Positions 58,401-64,000 of a DNA stretch of 64,000 nucleotides are shown here, one piece after another (position 1 is the stretch's first letter; each line of letters begins with the position of its first letter). The notes beneath the pieces were generated by a model. That model was not told where the DNA came from, searched no databases, and was given only the letters and a program-made list of their open reading frames with translations. Source of the stretch: Eledone cirrhosa (lineage: Eukaryota); the NCBI GenBank assembly GCA_964016885.1, contig OZ024743.1, forward strand, positions 171,182,001 to 171,246,000. Direction: 5' to 3'. Both the position numbers and the translations under genes were made by a program.

Positions 58401-59070
58401 TTAATTACATTTAATTATACATTTAATTATATCTTATATTATATTATTTTAATTTAGTCTATGTTATTTGATTTTAGTTTACCTTATTTTATCTTATTTT
58501 ACGATTATATTATATTATGTTCTATTTATATAATTTTTAATTTTAATTTTATATTATTTTATCTCATTCCTTACCCTGTATCACCATTATCTGTATATTT
58601 TATATTTTATATGTAAGTTTGTTATGTATTTCTTTGTATTTCTTTATATTTTCTTATTTATATATATATTATAAGTCTGTTTTTCACCTATTTTTTACCT
58701 ATTTTTTACCTACTCTTACCTAATCCCATCTATCTTATCTACTCTTGTCTGTTCTCTTATCCATGTGTCTACTCTTGTCTGTTCTCTTATCCATGTGTAT
58801 GCTTGTATGTAACTATATGTTGACAGCACCCCGCCCAACTGCGACTGATAGCACCCCTTATTTTTCATTGCTTATTTTTCATTGTTTATTTTATTATCTT
58901 ATTCTTATTTTTATTTTTATTTTATTTTTATTTTTATTTTTATTTTTACTTTTATTTTTATTCTTATCTTTATTTTTACTTTTACTTCCTTAATATCCTT
59001 TATCGTCTATTATTACCTTTCATTCTTCAATGTCTTGGATTTGTTATTGCTTGTATGGTATGTAATTAAC

Positions 59071-59128
59071 CTTTATGCTCTGATGAGTCCCACTTATAGT
59101 GCGGATGAAACAATGTTAGCAAGTAAAG
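59071..59128 (+). ncRNA. Type I hammerhead (right arm of palindrome)
   Basis: CTTTATGCT-CTGATGA-GTCC CACT TAT AGTG C GGAT-GAAA-CAATG-TT-AGCAAGTAAAG. Confidence 0.82.
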
Positions 59129-59191
59129 ATATGCATATGCTATAGGCGTTCTTTGTTATTTATTATATATATATCTATCTATCTATATATA

Positions 59192-59242
<51 letters not shown>

Positions 59243-59249
59243 CTATCTA

Positions 59250-59303
<54 letters not shown>

Positions 59304-59437
59304 CTATCTATCTATCTATATATATATATATATATATTATATCTATCTATCTATCTATCTATATATATATATATATATATATTATATCTATCTATCTATA
59401 TATATATATATATATATATATTATATCTATCTATCTA

Positions 59438-59474
<37 letters not shown>

Positions 59475-59627
59475 ATCTATCTATCTATCTATATATATAT
59501 ATATATTATATCTATCTATCTATATATATATATATATATATTATATCTATCTATCTATCTATATATATATATATATTATATCTATCTATCTATCTATATA
59601 TATATATATATTATATCTATCTATCTA

Positions 59628-59681
<54 letters not shown>

Positions 59682-59985
59682 CTATCTATCTATCTATATA
59701 TATATATATATATATTATATCTATCTATCTATATATATATATATATATATTATATCTATCTATCTATCTATATATATATATATATATATATTATATCTAT
59801 CTATCTATCTATATATATATATATATTATATCTATCTATCTATATATATATATATATATATTATATCTATCTATCTATATATATATATATATATTATATC
59901 TATCTATCTATATATATATATATATATATTATATCTATCTATCTATATATATATATATATATTATATCTATCTATCTATCTATAT

Positions 59986-60019
<34 letters not shown>

Positions 60020-60095
60020 TATATCTATCTATATATATATATATATATATATATTATATCTATCTATCTATATATATATATTATATCTATCTATC

Positions 60096-60154
<59 letters not shown>

Positions 60155-60159
60155 CTATC

Positions 60160-60191
<32 letters not shown>

Positions 60192-60265
60192 CTATCTATC
60201 TATATATTATATATATATATATATATATCTATATATTATATATATATATATATATATTATCTATC

Positions 60266-60297
<32 letters not shown>

Positions 60298-60335
60298 CTA
60301 TCTATCTATATATTATATATATATATATATATATC

Positions 60336-60409
<74 letters not shown>

Positions 60410-60437
60410 ATCTATCTATCTATATATATATATATAT

Positions 60438-60627
60438 AGGAACCAGTAAGACCCCGACAGCTGAGCTCAAGCCGTTTCGACGGCTAATTCTGGACAGAAT
60501 TAGCCGTCGAAACGGCTTGAGCTCAGCTGTCGGGGTCTTACTGGTTCCTATTACCCACTCTACTACCTCAAGTATCGAGTACTTTGGTGCGTTATGGTCC
60601 ACCTGGTTCCTTACCACATTTCCTTCG

Positions 60628-60629
<2 letters not shown>
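60438..60629 (+). mobile_element. Hairpin-plus-tail fragment of the family B PLE end, in (TA)n
   Basis: About 55-bp perfect palindrome centred near 60493 plus a tail matching 35990-36066. Confidence 0.8.
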
Positions 60630-60661
<32 letters not shown>

Positions 60662-60750
60662 ATATATCTATATTTACATTATATCTATATATATCTATAT
60701 CTATATATATATATATCAATCTATCTATATATATATATATTTACATTATA

Positions 60751-60781
<31 letters not shown>

Positions 60782-60810
60782 CAATCTATCTATATATATA
60801 TATATTTACA

Positions 60811-60920
<110 letters not shown>

Positions 60921-60960
60921 ATATATATATATATAATATATATATATATATAATATATAT

Positions 60961-61005
<45 letters not shown>

Positions 61006-61021
61006 ATATATATATATATTT

Positions 61022-61096
<75 letters not shown>

Positions 61097-61289
61097 CTAT
61101 AATATATATATATCTATATCTATATATATATATATTTATATATAATATATATTTATATATATATATATATATAATATATATATTTATATATATATAATAT
61201 ATATATTTATATTATATATATATATAATATATATATTTATATTATATATATAATATATATACATATATATATATATAAATATATTTTAT

Positions 61290-61325
<36 letters not shown>

Positions 61326-61337
61326 AATATATTTTAT

Positions 61338-61397
<60 letters not shown>

Positions 61398-61464
61398 ATC
61401 TATATATTTATATTATATATATATATATAATATATATATTTATATTACATATATATATATATAA

Positions 61465-64000
61465 TAAACCGCACAACAACTTCACAAACCCCCCAGTCAC
61501 TAACAAAACGAAGAAGGAAGCACCACACCGAAGATGAACTTCCCAACCTCGCTTCCATAAGATGGAAAAAAAACCCTAGAAATCATCACCCCCAGAATGA
61601 CATTTCCAGCTTTCCCCCTTCAAGGAGACACCATACCAAATCACTCAACTACTACGCGGATGCCTAATCGTCAAACATAGGGAACAGATACCACCACCAT
61701 GATAGATGGAACAACTTCCCCGCTTCAAGGGGACAGCAAGGTAATTTCCATTTTCTCAACTCTCGCTTCCACAATACACAACAAACCCACACCACACGAT
61801 ACAACCAACAACGCAGGCTACCTATAACACCACAATCCAACACGGCACATAGAAACACACATCCATACTCGCAATACAGGAACACCCCATTCAATCCACA
61901 ACCACGAACTCGAACCACATTTGACAACAACAAGGAATATAACAAACACAGGAGACCACTTAACATCAGCAGACAACCCCTCTACCCCAAACATTTTTTA
62001 AACACAGCACACAGATACAGGCAAACAAAATAACACAAGACAGGGAGTAGAAACCGAGAGTAATCAAAATTATCAATCTAACTAGTGCAGAACCAACACC
62101 CAACCTTATCAACTTACTCTCCAAAGGTCTTAAATTCACACCGACCCCACTACGTCCTAACTACTATGAAATGGAGGAAGACATCACAGACTTCTGTAGA
62201 AAGTTACGACTCAGTGAACAACTATTCGACCAGTACAATGAGGATGAATCATTAGCCAGAAATAGAAGCAACTACACCCCATCAAAAGGTAGAAATAAAA
62301 TCCTGGACGAATTCTGTGAACACATCACAAACTTGCCTTACCAACAGACAAAAACACAAGCCAAACATCCACAAGAAAGAATGGGAAGAATTAAATAGAT
62401 TAAAAACCGACAGAACCATTACAATTAAAGAGGCCGATAAAGGGAGTACAGTAGTCCTAATGGAGACAGAATTCTATATCAACTTAGCGCTCTCTACTTT
62501 GGAAAACGAAACATACTACAAAAAGGCTGAACACTAGAATCAACAGAAAATTATGAGAAACCTATAAACTCTGATTAACCAATACAAAGAAGGACTCACT
62601 AACAAGGAATTCAGCTTCATCACAGACTTCACAAGTAAATCCAGCCTTTTCTAAGGTATCCCTAAAGTACATAAAAGCGCATTAATAAGTAAGGCATGCA
62701 AGGAAGCCACAGACATAGTCATCAATGTCCTCTCACCCAATGATCTCAAATTAAGACCTATAATAGCAGGCCCCGCTTGCGAAACCCACCGCCTTAGCAA
62801 CTTCATTGATACCCTTCTCAAGCTTTTTCTCAAACACATCAAAAGCTATATAAGGGACGACCTAGATATGTTCAATCACCTCCCTAATATGCCCCTTTCT
62901 GAACAAACCCTACTAGTGACGTTCGATGTAGTCAACCTATACTCCAACATCCCCCACAACCTAAGAATAGAAGCTATCCAATTCTGGCTGGATAATTATC
63001 ACAATGAACTCCCACAACGCATCAAAAAAGAATTCGTGATAGAGGGACTCAAATTTATCTTGCAGAACAATTACTTCATTTTCAATAACAAATCCTACAG
63101 GCAGAAATCTGGGACCGCTATGGGAACGAAAACAGCCCCCACTTATGCCAACCTAGTCATGGGATACCCGGAAATCACCCTCTACACTAAAGTACTAAAC
63201 AAATTTTGAAACACTCTCCACTTATACATAGAAAGGAACTGGAAGCGATATCTAGATGACTGCTTCATCCTTTGGCTCGAAAACATCGAAAAACTTAAAG
63301 AATTTCACACCCTTATAAATGGGCTCAACACGAATATTAACTTTACGATGGAATACAGCCATCAACAACTCCCCTTCCTCGACATGCTCATTAAGATTCA
63401 TAACAAAAAAATAGAAACAGACATATACTACAAGCCCACAGACTCCAAGCAATATCTTCCTTTCAACTCTTGCCACCCTAGACACGTTAAAATTAATATT
63501 CCCTACAACTTAGCCAAGAGAATGTGCTATAGTCTCCAATAAAAACACCTGTTACTTACGGCTACAAGATCTAAAGGACACACTCATAGGCAGGGACTAC
63601 ACTGCATCACTAATTGACAATGGAATCCAACGTGCCCTAAAACTCAGTACCCAGGACCTTAGACACCCTAAAGTAAATCAACCGAAACTAAAAGTTCTTC
63701 CATACATCTCCACACACAACCCCCTCACCAATGAGGCCTTTGACACCATCCTCCAGAACATCCCTGTGTTAAAAAAGGACCATAGAATGAACCAAATCCT
63801 TCGAACACACGATATCATAAAGAGCAAAAGACAATCTAAGTCAATGAAAAACATCCTAACACATGCCAAAGTACTGCCAACCACAACAACGAAACCCACA
63901 GTAAAAAAATGCGATAGACCCAACTGTGGCATATGCATCAACCTAATAGAGGGTTCGAAATTCTATTTCAAAGAAGGACAACGTTTTATAGTAAAACACA
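61465..64000 (+). mobile_element. Degenerate PLE of a third lineage (Neptune-like); runs off the window end
   Basis: LLSKGLKFTPTP, KEADKGSTVV, PKVHK, LRPIIAG, FDVVNLYSNIPH, GTAMGTKTAPTYANL, RYLDD, LPFLD, YYKPTD..YL..SCHP, CDRPNCGIC. Multiple stops and frameshifts. Confidence 0.88.

Larger units (their letters stand above)
54499..59168. mobile_element. 4.6-kb non-coding palindrome: arms 54592-56743 and 57044-59168, 300-bp spacer, about 90-bp extra tail on the left; outward-facing hammerheads near both ends
   Basis: Arms are near-identical reverse complements (mirrored ORFs 55649/58137 and 55729/58057). Internal 50-bp and about 81-bp tandem duplications are mirrored. Confidence 0.9.

Overview
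AT-rich eukaryotic (animal) repeat-dense window with no recognisable host gene. The SINE type, (TA)n load and retroelement mix look like a cephalopod/mollusc genome (inference only). It is almost entirely retroelement-derived. It holds seven Penelope-like element (PLE; RT + GIY-YIG) copies or fragments of at least three lineages, one nearly intact at 1126/1199-3529. It also holds three R4/Dong-type RLE LINEs ending in (TAA)n, four Tx1/L1-type LINE copies, tRNA-derived SINE pieces, large (TA)n-type microsatellite fields and a 200-N gap. The main non-obvious signal, read by eye, is about 17 type I hammerhead-ribozyme (HHR) folds on both strands. They lie in PLE 3' ends and inverted ends, in non-coding tandem repeats (486 bp and 466 bp units, retrozyme-like), and at both ends of a 4.6 kb non-coding palindrome. 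Two unrelated families carry the compensatory core variant UUGAAAA (U3-A8 instead of C3-G8). Other copies carry CCGAAGA or CAGAAGA cores. All folds were assigned manually, and element boundaries are approximate.
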